Assembly: GCA_965218095.1 (NCBI GenBank)
Contig: OZ244587.1
Span: 160,001-224,000, forward strand
DNA length: 64,000 bases
Origin: Candidatus Poribacteria bacterium
GTDB lineage: Bacteria > Poribacteria > WGA-4E > PCPOR2b
Direction: 5' to 3'
Part shown: in pieces, positions 21,094 to 31,320 of the stretch
Numbering within the stretch: the first letter of the stretch is position 1
Layout of the letters: each line of letters starts with the position of its first letter
Translations under genes and position numbers: made by a program
Notes under the pieces: model-generated
What the model saw: only the letters and a program-made list of their open reading frames with translations
Database searches by the model: none
What the model was told of the DNA's origin: nothing

Positions 21094-23748
21094 TTAATTC
21101 TGACTCGCCACAATTTTCACGATCGCATCAATTGCACTTTTCATCTTGCTGGGATTTTTGCCCCCGCCCTGAGCAAGTTCAGGATGGCCGCCACCACGAC
21201 CATCAGCAAGACGAGTGACTTTCTGGATAATCTTCCCGGCTTGCAAGCCGCGATCTTTCACAAGATCTGGCGTGACACCGGCGACAAACACGACGTCGTT
21301 ACCGGTGGCCGAAGCAAGCACGACAACACCGGATCCAATGCGGCTCTTCAGATCATCAACGAGCTGACGAAGCCCGTTCCGATCCGTGTTTTCAAGGGTG
21401 GCAGCAATCACACGAAAACCATCGACGGTGGCAGCGTTATTCACCAAACCGGCGACCTGCGATTGGGCAATCTTCGATTGAAGCTCCTGGATCTGCCGTT
21501 CAAGTTCTCGATTCGTTTGCAGGAGTGCTTCAACACGTTCAGGTATGAGCTGCTTTTGGGTTTTGAGCATATTTGCGACAGCGGCAAGTGTGTCATCTTC
21601 GGAGCAGATGTGTTGATAAGCCAGCGTCCCTGTCAGCGCCTCAACGCGACGAATGCCAGCAGCGATGCTGCTTTCACTGATGATTTTCACAAGCCCGATC
21701 TCGCCAGTCGCGTGGATGTGCGTTCCGCCGCACAGTTCCTTGCTGTAGTCACCAATTTGAACAAAGCGCACGATCTCGCCATACTTATCGCCAAAGAAGG
21801 CAAGCGCCCCGCGGTCTTTGGCTTCCTGCAGCGGAAGGTAGTCGGTTGAAACAACATCATTCCAGCGAACCTTGTCGTTGAGGTCGCTTTCGATCTCGTG
21901 CAGTTGTTCCGGCGTGACGGCCTCGTAGTGCGTGAAGTCGAAGCGCAATCGTCCTGACTCAACGAGCGAACCCGCCTGACCAACGTGCGTTCCGAGAACA
22001 GTCCGCAATGCGTCGTGGAGGATATGCGTTGCAGTGTGGCTGACAGCGATGTGCTGCCGTCGTGTCGCATCTATCTTAGCCTCCACAGTCGTCTGTGGAG
22101 TGATTTCCCCTTCGACCACCTTGCATTTGTGAACGCACAGATCGGGAGCCGGCTTCATGGTGTCGATGACTTCAAGTTTCGCGTTTTCGCTCTTGATGGC
22201 GCCAATATCGCCCACTTGACCGCCCGATTCTCCGTAGAAAGGTGTCCGATTAAGGATGACGGAAACGTCCTCGTCCCCATGTACGCCCGACACCAATTCA
22301 TCTCCTCGGATCAACGCGACGACTTTCGCCTCCGCCTGGATGTGGTCATAGCCCAAAAACTCGGTTTCGCCGGATTCCTTGAGGATGTCCACATAGATTG
22401 CCTCACCTTTGTCTTCGCCCCCCGCAGTTTTCCAATCCGCACGGCTGCGCTCTCGCTGCCGTGACATGCTTTCGGCAAACCCTTCTTCATCAACGGAAAA
22501 ATCCCGTTCTCGCGCAAGGATCTGCGTGAGGTCTAGCGGAAATCCAAATGTGTCGTATAGCTCAAAGGCTCGCTTACCCGGAAGCACAAATTGGTTCTGC
22601 GCTTGGAGTTCATCGAGCGAACTTGTGAGAATTTCGAGACCACGATCGAGGGTTTGATGGAAGCGTCCTTCTTCGCCCTGAATAATTCGCTTGACAAAGT
22701 CGTGGCGCGGTAGGACATCGGAGAAAACAGGACCCAGCAAATCAATGACCTTATCCACAAGGTTATAAATGAAAGGCTCATCCATGCCCAACCGTTTGCC
22801 ATAAAGGACAGCACGACGGAGAATTCGGCGAATTACATAGCCACGCCCTTCGTTGGAAGGCATCACCCCATCGCTGATGGCGAAGGTGAGACACCGAATG
22901 TGATCTGCGATGACGCGGTGTGGAACGCCGCGCATATCGTCAAAATATTCTTTGTCCGTGATATTGGAAATATCTTCAAGGATTGGAATAAACAGATCCG
23001 TTTTATAATTAGAATCGACGTCTTGCAGGATGGCGACCATCCGCTCGAAACCCATACCGGTATCGACATGCTTATCGGGGAGCGGTTCGAGTGTTCTGTC
23101 TGCCAGTCGATTGTATTGCATAAAGACCAGATTCCAGATTTCGCAGTATCGCTTGCAAACACCCGGCACACATTCCCCTTTGCATTGCTCAGGAGTCGGA
23201 CATCCCTCTGGCCCAAGATCGAATAGTAATTCGGAATTCGGACCACAGGGGCCGGTATCCGCCATTTCCCAGAAATTGTCCTTCTCACCAAACCGCAGGA
23301 CACGTTCAATAGGCACATCCGTCAATTCAGCCCAGAGTTCCATCGACTCATCATCCTCACGAAAGACCGTCGCCCAGAGTTTTTGCTTGGGCAGTTTCCA
23401 GATCTCTGTGATGAGTTCCCACGCAAACGCAATCGCCTCACGTTTATAGTAATCTCCAAAGGACCAATTCCCTAACATCTCAAAGAAGGTTTGGTGTTGC
23501 CTGGAGTAGCCGACCTCTTCCAGATCATTGTGCTTGCCGCTGACGCGGATACATTTTTGGGTATCGACAGCCCTTTTGTATTCGCGGCTACCGATTCCTA
23601 AGAACATATCCTTAAACTGGACCATGCCGCAGTTTGTGAACATCAGGGTCGGATCCTCAGCCGGGATGACCGGTGCGCTAGGAACAATCGTGTGGCCCCG
23701 TTTTTGGAAATACTCTAAAAAACCTGATCGAATTTCGTCTGATGTCAT
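21094..23748 (-). CDS. alaS: Alanine--tRNA ligase
   Basis: HQTFFEMLGNWSFGDYYK, DTGMGFER, HTATH, ELCGGTH, GGG.P..AQGG. Confidence 0.98.
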   Translation of the reverse strand: MTSDEIRSGFLEYFQKRGHTIVPSAPVIPAEDPTLMFTNCGMVQFKDMFLGIGSREYKRAVDTQKCIRVSGKHNDLEEVGYSRQHQTFFEMLGNWSFGDYYKREAIAFAWELITEIWKLPKQKLWATVFREDDESMELWAELTDVPIERVLRFGEKDNFWEMADTGPCGPNSELLFDLGPEGCPTPEQCKGECVPGVCKRYCEIWNLVFMQYNRLADRTLEPLPDKHVDTGMGFERMVAILQDVDSNYKTDLFIPILEDISNITDKEYFDDMRGVPHRVIADHIRCLTFAISDGVMPSNEGRGYVIRRILRRAVLYGKRLGMDEPFIYNLVDKVIDLLGPVFSDVLPRHDFVKRIIQGEEGRFHQTLDRGLEILTSSLDELQAQNQFVLPGKRAFELYDTFGFPLDLTQILARERDFSVDEEGFAESMSRQRERSRADWKTAGGEDKGEAIYVDILKESGETEFLGYDHIQAEAKVVALIRGDELVSGVHGDEDVSVILNRTPFYGESGGQVGDIGAIKSENAKLEVIDTMKPAPDLCVHKCKVVEGEITPQTTVEAKIDATRRQHIAVSHTATHILHDALRTVLGTHVGQAGSLVESGRLRFDFTHYEAVTPEQLHEIESDLNDKVRWNDVVSTDYLPLQEAKDRGALAFFGDKYGEIVRFVQIGDYSKELCGGTHIHATGEIGLVKIISESSIAAGIRRVEALTGTLAYQHICSEDDTLAAVANMLKTQKQLIPERVEALLQTNRELERQIQELQSKIAQSQVAGLVNNAATVDGFRVIAATLENTDRNGLRQLVDDLKSRIGSGVVVLASATGNDVVFVAGVTPDLVKDRGLQAGKIIQKVTRLADGRGGGHPELAQGGGKNPSKMKSAIDAIVKIVASQN

Positions 23749-23755
23749 GATTCAT

Positions 23756-24385
23756 CTACCCTTTTAACACTTGGTCGATTGCTCTTTGAATCGTTTCATA
23801 GTCAAACCCACGTCTCAATAGAAAACCGTGCAGCCGCCGTTTGGCAACATGCTGCGGAAGGGATTTGTAATGCTTCACCTGTTTTTGCGCCAATTGAAGC
23901 GTCAGGTTCGCTTCCTCCTCATTGTCAATGTCCTCAAGAACACGGTCTACGGTGGTTTTGTCGATTCCCTTATTGGTCAACTCACGCTGCAACATCTTTT
24001 TGCTTCGTGGCTTTGAACGCTGACGGCGGCTCACCCAATTCTTAGCGAATTTTTCATCCTTGATATAGCCGAGATGCTCCAGGTCTTCCAACGTTGTGTC
24101 GATTGCCCTCTGGCCAAAGCCTTTCTGCCCAAGTTGCTCAATCATCTGCTCCTTGCCGTAGCTCTGGCTGAGTAGAAGATCAAAAGCGTAGTTCTTTGCT
24201 CGCATCCCTTCGTCCGCTTCGATCAGCTTTTGAAGCACCTCATCCTCAATCTCCAGCCCGATTCGCAGGCCGAACCTGGTGATCAGACTTGGATCGACGC
24301 TGCAAAACGGTTCATCCTCGAGAAAGAGGGTTCGGCGAGCGGAGTGCTTCCCTTCAATCTGAATGTCGGTGATTTTCTTTTTCAT
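23756..24385 (-). CDS. recX: Regulatory protein RecX
   Basis: GY..DE.FA, EL..KGI, FL.RRGF repeats; directly upstream of alaS. Confidence 0.9.
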   Translation of the reverse strand: MKKKITDIQIEGKHSARRTLFLEDEPFCSVDPSLITRFGLRIGLEIEDEVLQKLIEADEGMRAKNYAFDLLLSQSYGKEQMIEQLGQKGFGQRAIDTTLEDLEHLGYIKDEKFAKNWVSRRQRSKPRSKKMLQRELTNKGIDKTTVDRVLEDIDNEEEANLTLQLAQKQVKHYKSLPQHVAKRRLHGFLLRRGFDYETIQRAIDQVLKG

Positions 24386-24413
24386 TGTGTTTCCGTTGCA
24401 ATCGGTTCACGTT

Positions 24414-25043
24414 TCATTCCTCTGGCGTTCCCGCCCAGAGTGCACCCCGTTGCAAAAGTATCGGGAACTTCTCATGTCGGCAGGCTTTGGGGTCGTGTCC
24501 CAAGGCGAGATAGAACACGCGACCCTTCCCCCAACTTTTCGTCCATGCCACAGGCACCGCAGCTCCTTGCCACAGCGCAGAGGCAAGCACATGCACACGC
24601 GGATCGTAGTCGAGGATATACTGCTCATCAGTTACCATAAATTCGTCGAGCCCTTCCGTGATTGGATGTTCTGTATCCACGATGCTGACTTGATAATCCC
24701 GATAGCGCGGATGGGTGACGAAATATCCACCAACCATTGCTCGGTACTCTGGACACCCCCTGAACGAGTCGGTTGCGGAGTGAACTCCGACATAACCCTT
24801 GCCCGAAGCGATGTGGTTCAGCAGGCCATTCTTCTGTGCATCCGTGATTTCTCCAATAGTGTAGTAAAAAACAATCAGATCATAGGGGTCAAGATTGGGG
24901 GCAATCAACGCATCAAGGTCTTCTTCGACTTTGGTGATTTCAAACTGGTCTCGTTGCGAGAGTGCGTCAATAATCACTTCGCTGCACCCTTTCCAATCGT
25001 GCACCGCCCCGCCAGCAAATACCAGAGTATTGATTTTTCCCAT
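24414..25043 (-). CDS. ThuA-like domain protein
   Basis: G.GYVGVHSA.D, GG.F..HP, DEQY, W.K.WGKGRVFY.ALGH. Confidence 0.88.
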   Translation of the reverse strand: MGKINTLVFAGGAVHDWKGCSEVIIDALSQRDQFEITKVEEDLDALIAPNLDPYDLIVFYYTIGEITDAQKNGLLNHIASGKGYVGVHSATDSFRGCPEYRAMVGGYFVTHPRYRDYQVSIVDTEHPITEGLDEFMVTDEQYILDYDPRVHVLASALWQGAAVPVAWTKSWGKGRVFYLALGHDPKACRHEKFPILLQRGALWAGTPEE

Positions 25044-25284
25044 TGCACTTCCTCCTTTATAATGTTAACAACGACTGACCTTTCGCATAATACGGAAGTA
25101 AGTTTTTTTAATTTCGGAATATGAACCCGCACATAGAGCGGATCCGATGATCGACCGTTTCGATTACAAAACCGGGGCGAGCCCGTGATGCATTAATCGA
25201 TCGAATCAGGATGCCGGGGCCCCTTGCTACAACTGGATCGAAAAATCAAAAAAACTTGCCGAAAATAATGCGAAAGGTCAGACC

Positions 25285-25373
25285 AAGTTCAGGTTGCAAA
25301 CCAAGCGATTCGTAAATCCGCCCATCACGGTCACTGAATTCGACTTCAAACGTTTCACCAAAGGATTCATCAT
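25285..25373 (-). pseudogene. DUF4926-like remnant
   Basis: Manual minus-strand translation ..ETFEVEFSDRDGRIYESLGLQPE..; no intact start. Confidence 0.45.
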
Positions 25374-25622
25374 CTTTATGTTTTACTCAATATGACTTCT
25401 GAGACATTTTTATTTAGAAACGGTATGATATTCCCCTTTTGGTAAGGTAAGAACGATGATGGGATTATAATATCATAAGTCTGCGGAAAACACAAGCCAA
25501 CATTCAAAGGAAATAGAAAGTTCCGATGAGAAACCCCGATCGAAGATCGGGGTTCGGCGACGAATTTGACCGCAAATTGACGCGGTGCAATCAACCTTCC
25601 GAAGGTTGTTTTGACCCATTTT

Positions 25623-26040
25623 CTATGCGAGGGAAATTTCTATCAAGGTCTTTGAATCGGTCAGGTTGCCATTGCTGACGCTCACGGTAATGGTACATTC
25701 ACCGGTTTGACCGGTATCCGGGGTGGAGGTGAACACTCCGGCACCCGCATTCAGAATTGAATTGGACGTTAATATCGAAAAAGGTGTCGTTGTCCATGCC
25801 GCTCGGCGGGCTAAGGATGTTTGCCGTATGGATAACGGCATCGACATTAGCGACCAGTTTTGAAGATAGTTCCTGATCACGGAGGTCGCCATCGACGAGC
25901 TTAACCTCAAAGCCGTTGAGTTTGAACTGTTTCGGATCATCGGGAATCACAAGGGCTTTGACAGCGTAGCCGCGGTCGAGCAACTGTTGGGTGAGATTGG
26001 CGCCGAGCCGCCCCGTTGCACCTGTGACGAGAATTTTCAT
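25623..26040 (-). pseudogene. Truncated NAD-dependent epimerase/dehydratase joined to an Ig-like domain fragment
   Basis: MKILVTGATGRLG...DINV then abrupt switch to GVFTSTP..GQTG..TITVSVSNG..TDS; YxxxK motif absent. Confidence 0.7.
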
Positions 26041-26140
26041 AGTGCCTACCTTGTTTCCGAAGTCTGATGTCCGACTTGGCGTTCAAAAGTTCCAAAGTTC
26101 AGGGGTACAAACGAACTAATGAACATCTGAACCCATTTCC

Positions 26141-27037
26141 TCATTCGTTTTTGAGGTTCACGAAAATTAGGGCGAAAATCGTCGCAACCACACCAATCAT
26201 CGACTTCCGGTCCAGCCGCTCGCCAAGCAGCAAAACCCCAATCACCATGGTAAACAACACGGTCCCTGAACCTGAAACCGGGAAAGCAATCAGGGCGTCA
26301 ATCCGGTCTAGCGCGTTCAGAAACGCCCAACTGCCGGCCATGTTGCAGACACCGAGGAGAGCGCCGTAGAAAGTCTCCCATCGCGTCGGTGCGATCTTAT
26401 GATAGAAGGAGGCGCCGGCGTAAGCGATTGCGGTTGCGCCGAAGAGAAAGAGCAGATACATCGGCTTCTGGTCAATTGGACACATTTCGTTGAACGCTTT
26501 CATTGTCAGCCGCGAGACGCTAGAGTTGATAAAGAGGAGCATCACAACGAATAAACCTAACCCTCCACCTGCTGTCCCGACTTCCCTCCTTCCTTTCTTC
26601 CATTCCTTTCTTTCATGCCTTCCAGTCTCCTTTTCCTGTTTCGTGCCAAGGAGTGGCAGCGCACAACACGCGAGTGTGATACCAACCGCCTGCCAAACGT
26701 TAGGGATTTCACCCCAGAACAAGATCGCGAACACAATGGGTACCACGAGCGACAAACGCACAACGGCAATTGTCACGATGATTCCGCTTAAACGCATACC
26801 GAGTATGACCAGCCCCAGTCCGGTAGAGTAAGCGATACCATTTGTCAAACCGAAGGCAAAAGTCAGTTCGGTGAATTCAAAGCTACCCACTTGAGCCGCT
26901 GACCATACGCTCATCAGAAACGCGATTAGATAGTTCACAAAGCCGATTGGCGTAAGGCGATGTCCACGATTTTGGGCGTGCTTCAGGATAAGCCCAAACC
27001 CGGAGATTAGTACAATATGCAGGATGAGGAACAGCAT
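26141..27037 (-). CDS. EamA/DMT family transporter
   Basis: About 10 TM helices in two repeats, each with GE.(P/L); purine-rich insert in the central loop. Confidence 0.85.
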   Translation of the reverse strand: MLFLILHIVLISGFGLILKHAQNRGHRLTPIGFVNYLIAFLMSVWSAAQVGSFEFTELTFAFGLTNGIAYSTGLGLVILGMRLSGIIVTIAVVRLSLVVPIVFAILFWGEIPNVWQAVGITLACCALPLLGTKQEKETGRHERKEWKKGRREVGTAGGGLGLFVVMLLFINSSVSRLTMKAFNEMCPIDQKPMYLLFLFGATAIAYAGASFYHKIAPTRWETFYGALLGVCNMAGSWAFLNALDRIDALIAFPVSGSGTVLFTMVIGVLLLGERLDRKSMIGVVATIFALIFVNLKNE

Positions 27038-28020
27038 TATCCCTCCTGCATCGGCAAGACGACCTTGATCTTCTTTTTTGCTGAGCGGTAAGTTGCTAGG
27101 ACAACCTCAACGGCATGGCGTCCGGCCCTGCCATCAACCAAGGGTGTTGTACCGTCACGGATACAATCGACGAAATGGGTCAATTCGCCGGCGACGCCAT
27201 GGGGCACGGTGCGATCGGGGGTGAGCGCCTTCCACTCCGATTCGCCGAATTTTTTGAGGTGCGCGACGTCGGCTCCCATATCGAGCCGAAGCGAGCCTTT
27301 CGATCCGTCAATGATGGTGTCGTTTGTGCCGCGTGCGCCCATGAATCCGCCCCAACGCAATATACCAACTGCGCCGGCATCGTACCGAATTAGTGAGATG
27401 GTGTAGTCTTCCCAATCGTCATGTCCAGAAAAACTGCCCACTTCTGCTGCAACCGTCACGGCCGTTCCACCAAACCAGTTGATGAGATCGGACTTGTGGA
27501 TGCCATTCTCAAGAAGACCACCGACGCTACCGTACCAGGTTGACGGACGTTTACGCGGCCCGCGATAGGTGCCGCTGTAATCCGTTTCGATATAGACCAC
27601 ATCCCCAATTTCGCCATCATCAACCAACTGCTTGCCGAGAACATGCACCGGATAGAAACGGAGGACTTGACCAACCATCAGATGTGTACGCGCCTTGTCC
27701 GCCGCCTCAATCATCGCGTCGGCATCAGCGAGGGTGAGAGAGAGTGGCTTTTCACAAAAAGTATGGACACCCGCCGCCGCCGCCGCAACGATCACCTCCC
27801 GATGTGCCACAGGCGGCGTTGCGACCACGACCCCATCCACAATTTCTAGCAGTTCGCGGTAATCCTGAAACGCACGGATCTGATGCTGTTTGGCGACAGC
27901 CTGCGCTGCCTCAAGTCGAATATCCGCGACACCGACAAATCCACAATTTTCAACCTTGGGCAGCGAATTGCAATGGGCGCTGCCCATGCCTCCTGTACCG
28001 ATAACGCCAATGCGTGTCAT
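27037..28020 (-). CDS. Gfo/Idh/MocA family oxidoreductase
   Basis: IG.GGMG, CEKP, GG.L.NGIH..D. Confidence 0.92.
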   Translation of the reverse strand: MTRIGVIGTGGMGSAHCNSLPKVENCGFVGVADIRLEAAQAVAKQHQIRAFQDYRELLEIVDGVVVATPPVAHREVIVAAAAAGVHTFCEKPLSLTLADADAMIEAADKARTHLMVGQVLRFYPVHVLGKQLVDDGEIGDVVYIETDYSGTYRGPRKRPSTWYGSVGGLLENGIHKSDLINWFGGTAVTVAAEVGSFSGHDDWEDYTISLIRYDAGAVGILRWGGFMGARGTNDTIIDGSKGSLRLDMGADVAHLKKFGESEWKALTPDRTVPHGVAGELTHFVDCIRDGTTPLVDGRAGRHAVEVVLATYRSAKKKIKVVLPMQEG

Positions 28021-28033
28021 GCTTTTCTCCTAA

Positions 28034-29344
28034 TCAGACGCTGGTACGCCCCTCTTTTTGCAGAATATCTCCTGCGATCGCGTATGTCATTCCGTGCATA
28101 GCAATAACTACCAGTCCAAGGCCCGCCGCCAGATAGCCACCCATATAGAGGTTCGGGATATTGACCACCTCGGCGTTATGCGGGTGCGTCGCTACCTGGT
28201 GCAATTGAAAGCGGTAATTATCATATTTTTCCACCAGTTTCAATGGCTCAAACCCTGCAAACAGGGAATAGTCCACAATACCGCCAATCTCCAGGATAAC
28301 ATGCTCGGCATCGATTATCTTTGTCCCTCCTTGGCCATCCACTGTTACCAAACCCCTAGACTGACCCTCCTCAATCTTGCAGACGTGGGTTCGATACAGC
28401 GTCTGAAAACGCGGGTCTCGACTCTCCATGATCTCCGCAAGGCGGGCGTAATAAGGCAGCCCGTAGCGGTTATCGCTGATTAACCGCCAATGTCCATCAA
28501 ACGGCTGACGCATCACATAGTAGACCTGTTTGCCCGCATCGTAAAGTTCCGTCGCCGCCCAATCCGCGGATCGGCCGCCACCGACAACGACTACCCGCTC
28601 GCCGAAGAAATCCTCCGGTCGATCGTAGCTTTTCACTACAAACGGGAGATCTTCTCCAGGGACGTCAAGCCGCCGGAGGATGCACCGCTGTCCCACAGCG
28701 TAAACCAGGTATGTGCAAGTATACTGATGGATTGTCTCCGTCCCGACATCCTTGCTCGTGACCAGGAAGCCGCGTTCATGCAGCTCAATCCGTATCACCT
28801 TCTCGTAGGTATCGATGCGGTCGGTTTGTGCAAATCGGGCGGGAATGGTGTGATAGTAATGCAGCAGGTCGCCCTTGATGATCAGATCATTGACATTTAA
28901 GTCAATTTCCTGTTCTTCGACATGTTGCGCCAGCGGATAGAATGCAAATTCCATCCACTGCCCCGGGGAAAGAGTCAAGAGATTCTGTGGCACATTGTTC
29001 CACAGCCCGCCGACCTCTTCTTGGGTAATGAGCAAGTAATCTATCGGCTCTGCCTGCCGAAATTCGACTGCAATCTGCGCAAGTTCCTCAAACAACTGTC
29101 GCGGATGATGGAGCAGTCGGAAGAGATCCACTGGTGGGATGCCGTTTCTGGACAACGCCTTAAAATCCAACCCTAGAAGGGGCCCTTTGATGCGCGTTAG
29201 CTCCTCGGCCAACTGTGGGTAGCGCAGGCTGAACATACGGCTCCTGCGATAGTAGGGATGCCAGCCCCCCAACACGACGGCAAGCGCAAGTCCGGCGGGT
29301 CCCCCGCCCACGATAATTACGGTATAATGTTCTATATGCTGCAA
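28034..29344 (-). CDS. FAD/NAD(P)-dependent oxidoreductase resembling eukaryotic OSGIN1/2
   Basis: GGGPAG and GGGRSAD dinucleotide motifs; L.GW.PY, LF..L.HP and GG.W......LT.S.G.WME motifs recalled from OSGIN proteins. Confidence 0.7.
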   Translation of the reverse strand: MQHIEHYTVIIVGGGPAGLALAVVLGGWHPYYRRSRMFSLRYPQLAEELTRIKGPLLGLDFKALSRNGIPPVDLFRLLHHPRQLFEELAQIAVEFRQAEPIDYLLITQEEVGGLWNNVPQNLLTLSPGQWMEFAFYPLAQHVEEQEIDLNVNDLIIKGDLLHYYHTIPARFAQTDRIDTYEKVIRIELHERGFLVTSKDVGTETIHQYTCTYLVYAVGQRCILRRLDVPGEDLPFVVKSYDRPEDFFGERVVVVGGGRSADWAATELYDAGKQVYYVMRQPFDGHWRLISDNRYGLPYYARLAEIMESRDPRFQTLYRTHVCKIEEGQSRGLVTVDGQGGTKIIDAEHVILEIGGIVDYSLFAGFEPLKLVEKYDNYRFQLHQVATHPHNAEVVNIPNLYMGGYLAAGLGLVVIAMHGMTYAIAGDILQKEGRTSV

Positions 29345-29454
29345 TCACTCACCTCTAAGAACATCTGAGCTCCCACTGGTGCTTCCGGGTCATCTTCGTT
29401 AAATATCGAATCATCGTATCAACCAACTTATCCGGGTGGCCATCGTCTCCTTTT

Positions 29455-30354
29455 TTATTTTCTCACGTCTGCACATAAGACCTGATTAGCCAGCCCCAAC
29501 TGACCCGCAAGATCATTGATGAATTGACAGGCGACACGCCCCGATCGCCCACTCGATGAGGCTTCCCACTCCAACGCTCTGCGATGTAGCTCCTCTATCG
29601 GGACGGACAAACCACGCTTTTTCGCATAATGAGAGACGATCTGTAGATAGGTTGCTTGAGAGATTCGGTAGAAGGCAAGGCGCAGTCCAAATCGATCACT
29701 GAGTGAAACCTTCTCTTCGGTTGTCTCACGCGGATACAACTCGTCCTCATCACTCTGAGGATACTGATTTTCGCCGATTTGGCGCGGCATCAAGTGACGG
29801 CGATTTGATGTGGCGTAGATGAGAGTGTTATCAGGACGCGCAGCAATTCCACCCTCAAGCATCGCTTTCAGTTCTCTGTATTCGGCTTCCCCCTCACTGA
29901 AGGAGAGGTCATCGCAAAAGAGGATATACCGTTCGGGGCGTTCCCAAAGCAGGCCCGCAATCTCTTGAAGGTGAAGAAGCCCCTCTTTGCTTACCTCGAT
30001 TAGCCGCAAACCCTCCGGCGCATATCGATGGAGTATACCTTTGATGAGCGATGATTTGCCCGTGCCGCGATCGCCCCACAATAAAATATGGTTCGCCGGC
30101 AAACCACGTAGAAACTGCCGCGTATTCCGATCTAATTCGTCAATTTGCCGGTCAACCCCGATCAGGTCCGCGATGTCTACAAGGTCAGGGTGTCTGACGG
30201 GAATTAAACGTTGATTCCGCCACCGAAAGGCAATATGTCCATTGAGTTGTTCGAGAGGGCTGTCGATAGCGGCGACTATTTGTGTCAATAGTGCTTCCGC
30301 TTTGTCGAGCAGTTGTTCTACGCGAGGAATAATCGCTTTCCAATCTTGTGTCAT
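29455..30354 (-). CDS. DUF815 family AAA+ ATPase
   Basis: LWGDRGTGKSS, FCDDLSF, YATSNRRHL, SLSDRFGL, RSGR.A; likely start MTQDWK (ORF track extends to 30435). Confidence 0.9.
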   Translation of the reverse strand: MTQDWKAIIPRVEQLLDKAEALLTQIVAAIDSPLEQLNGHIAFRWRNQRLIPVRHPDLVDIADLIGVDRQIDELDRNTRQFLRGLPANHILLWGDRGTGKSSLIKGILHRYAPEGLRLIEVSKEGLLHLQEIAGLLWERPERYILFCDDLSFSEGEAEYRELKAMLEGGIAARPDNTLIYATSNRRHLMPRQIGENQYPQSDEDELYPRETTEEKVSLSDRFGLRLAFYRISQATYLQIVSHYAKKRGLSVPIEELHRRALEWEASSSGRSGRVACQFINDLAGQLGLANQVLCADVRK

Positions 30355-30412
30355 ATCGCTGATAATTCGAGTCTCTTTTCTGAGACGCCCCATACTTGCG
30401 ATCGTACAAAGT

Positions 30413-30870
30413 CTAGGGGTTTGCCGGATTGACAACGGTTAATCCTTCAGCGGCAGCTACGTTGCATAGATTGGTATCCGCACAAATGAAGGAATCAAGG
30501 ACTTGCTGTCCTCGAAGACCAGCGTCACGGCAAGCTGGATCGCATCCAGTGTTCGGAGGTTGCTTACCGTTGCGTGAGTCGAGAGTAGCAGTTCTGCTTC
30601 CTGAAAATGATACGTGAGAATGGGAATGACCTAGTATACACCACTTGCAACATCTGTAAGAACTTGACTGCAAACCAAATGGAAATCCGGGGTTGAAAGG
30701 TTCTCCATGCGAACTTTTTTGGCAAACACAGATCGAAGTTCAACGACACCCAACCGTGAGATGAAATGAATTGCATCCGGTTCAGCAAGGATTGCATCAA
30801 CTTGTGCCATACCAACTTCAACATAATAGTGCTTGGCAATAGTACTCGTATCTCAATAATGATAGGTCAT
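30413..30870 (-). pseudogene. VapC-like PIN-domain toxin, two stops and a frameshift
   Basis: MTYHY*DTSTIAKHY..E...VY*V..LRTLDAIQLA / FICAD..L...AAAEGL.V.NP. Confidence 0.8.
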
Positions 30871-30872
30871 CC

Positions 30873-31166
30873 TCACTCTCCACGTTCTGCAATAATTTCT
30901 GCACTTTGCAATAATTTCTGCACTTAATGAGCCGCCGGACTTCGCTAAGATCTTTTGCACTCTTTCGAGAGAAATGGAATCATCCGCCTGACTCCGGGCG
31001 TACTCAAGGAATTCCTTATCGACTAAATCGTCCGTTTTTTTTCAAATCGGGCAGTCACCTCTGCCTCAAGCATACGGAGTTTATCCTCATCGAGTTGGTC
31101 TAATGTCGCAAGTAGGGTGTCAAAAGAGATTTGAACATTTATTGGATCGGTTCGTTCCGTTTTCAT
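30873..31166 (-). pseudogene. Putative antitoxin, frameshifted
   Basis: Small ORF directly upstream of the PIN gene; C-terminal SLE.V..IL.K..GSLSAEIIAERGE; frameshift at a T-run near 31035 and a 19-bp duplication. Confidence 0.55.
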
Positions 31167-31320
31167 CGAAGGTTTCCTTTCATTCAGTGTGAAGTTTGAA
31201 AAGATTTTATCAGAAACTGAAATTGAATGCAAGGTTATTGAGACAAAACAAAAAAGCCCCGCTGATTGAGCAGGACTCGTATTATGCAGATCTTCACTCA
31301 GGAATGCCTAATTCACTCAG

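Noticed and set aside
20983-21849. 288-aa plus-strand ORF and similar long antisense ORFs (e.g. 24363-25124, 53945-54469)
   Set aside because: Shadow ORFs antisense to well-supported genes (alaS, ThuA-like, acnA) with no motifs
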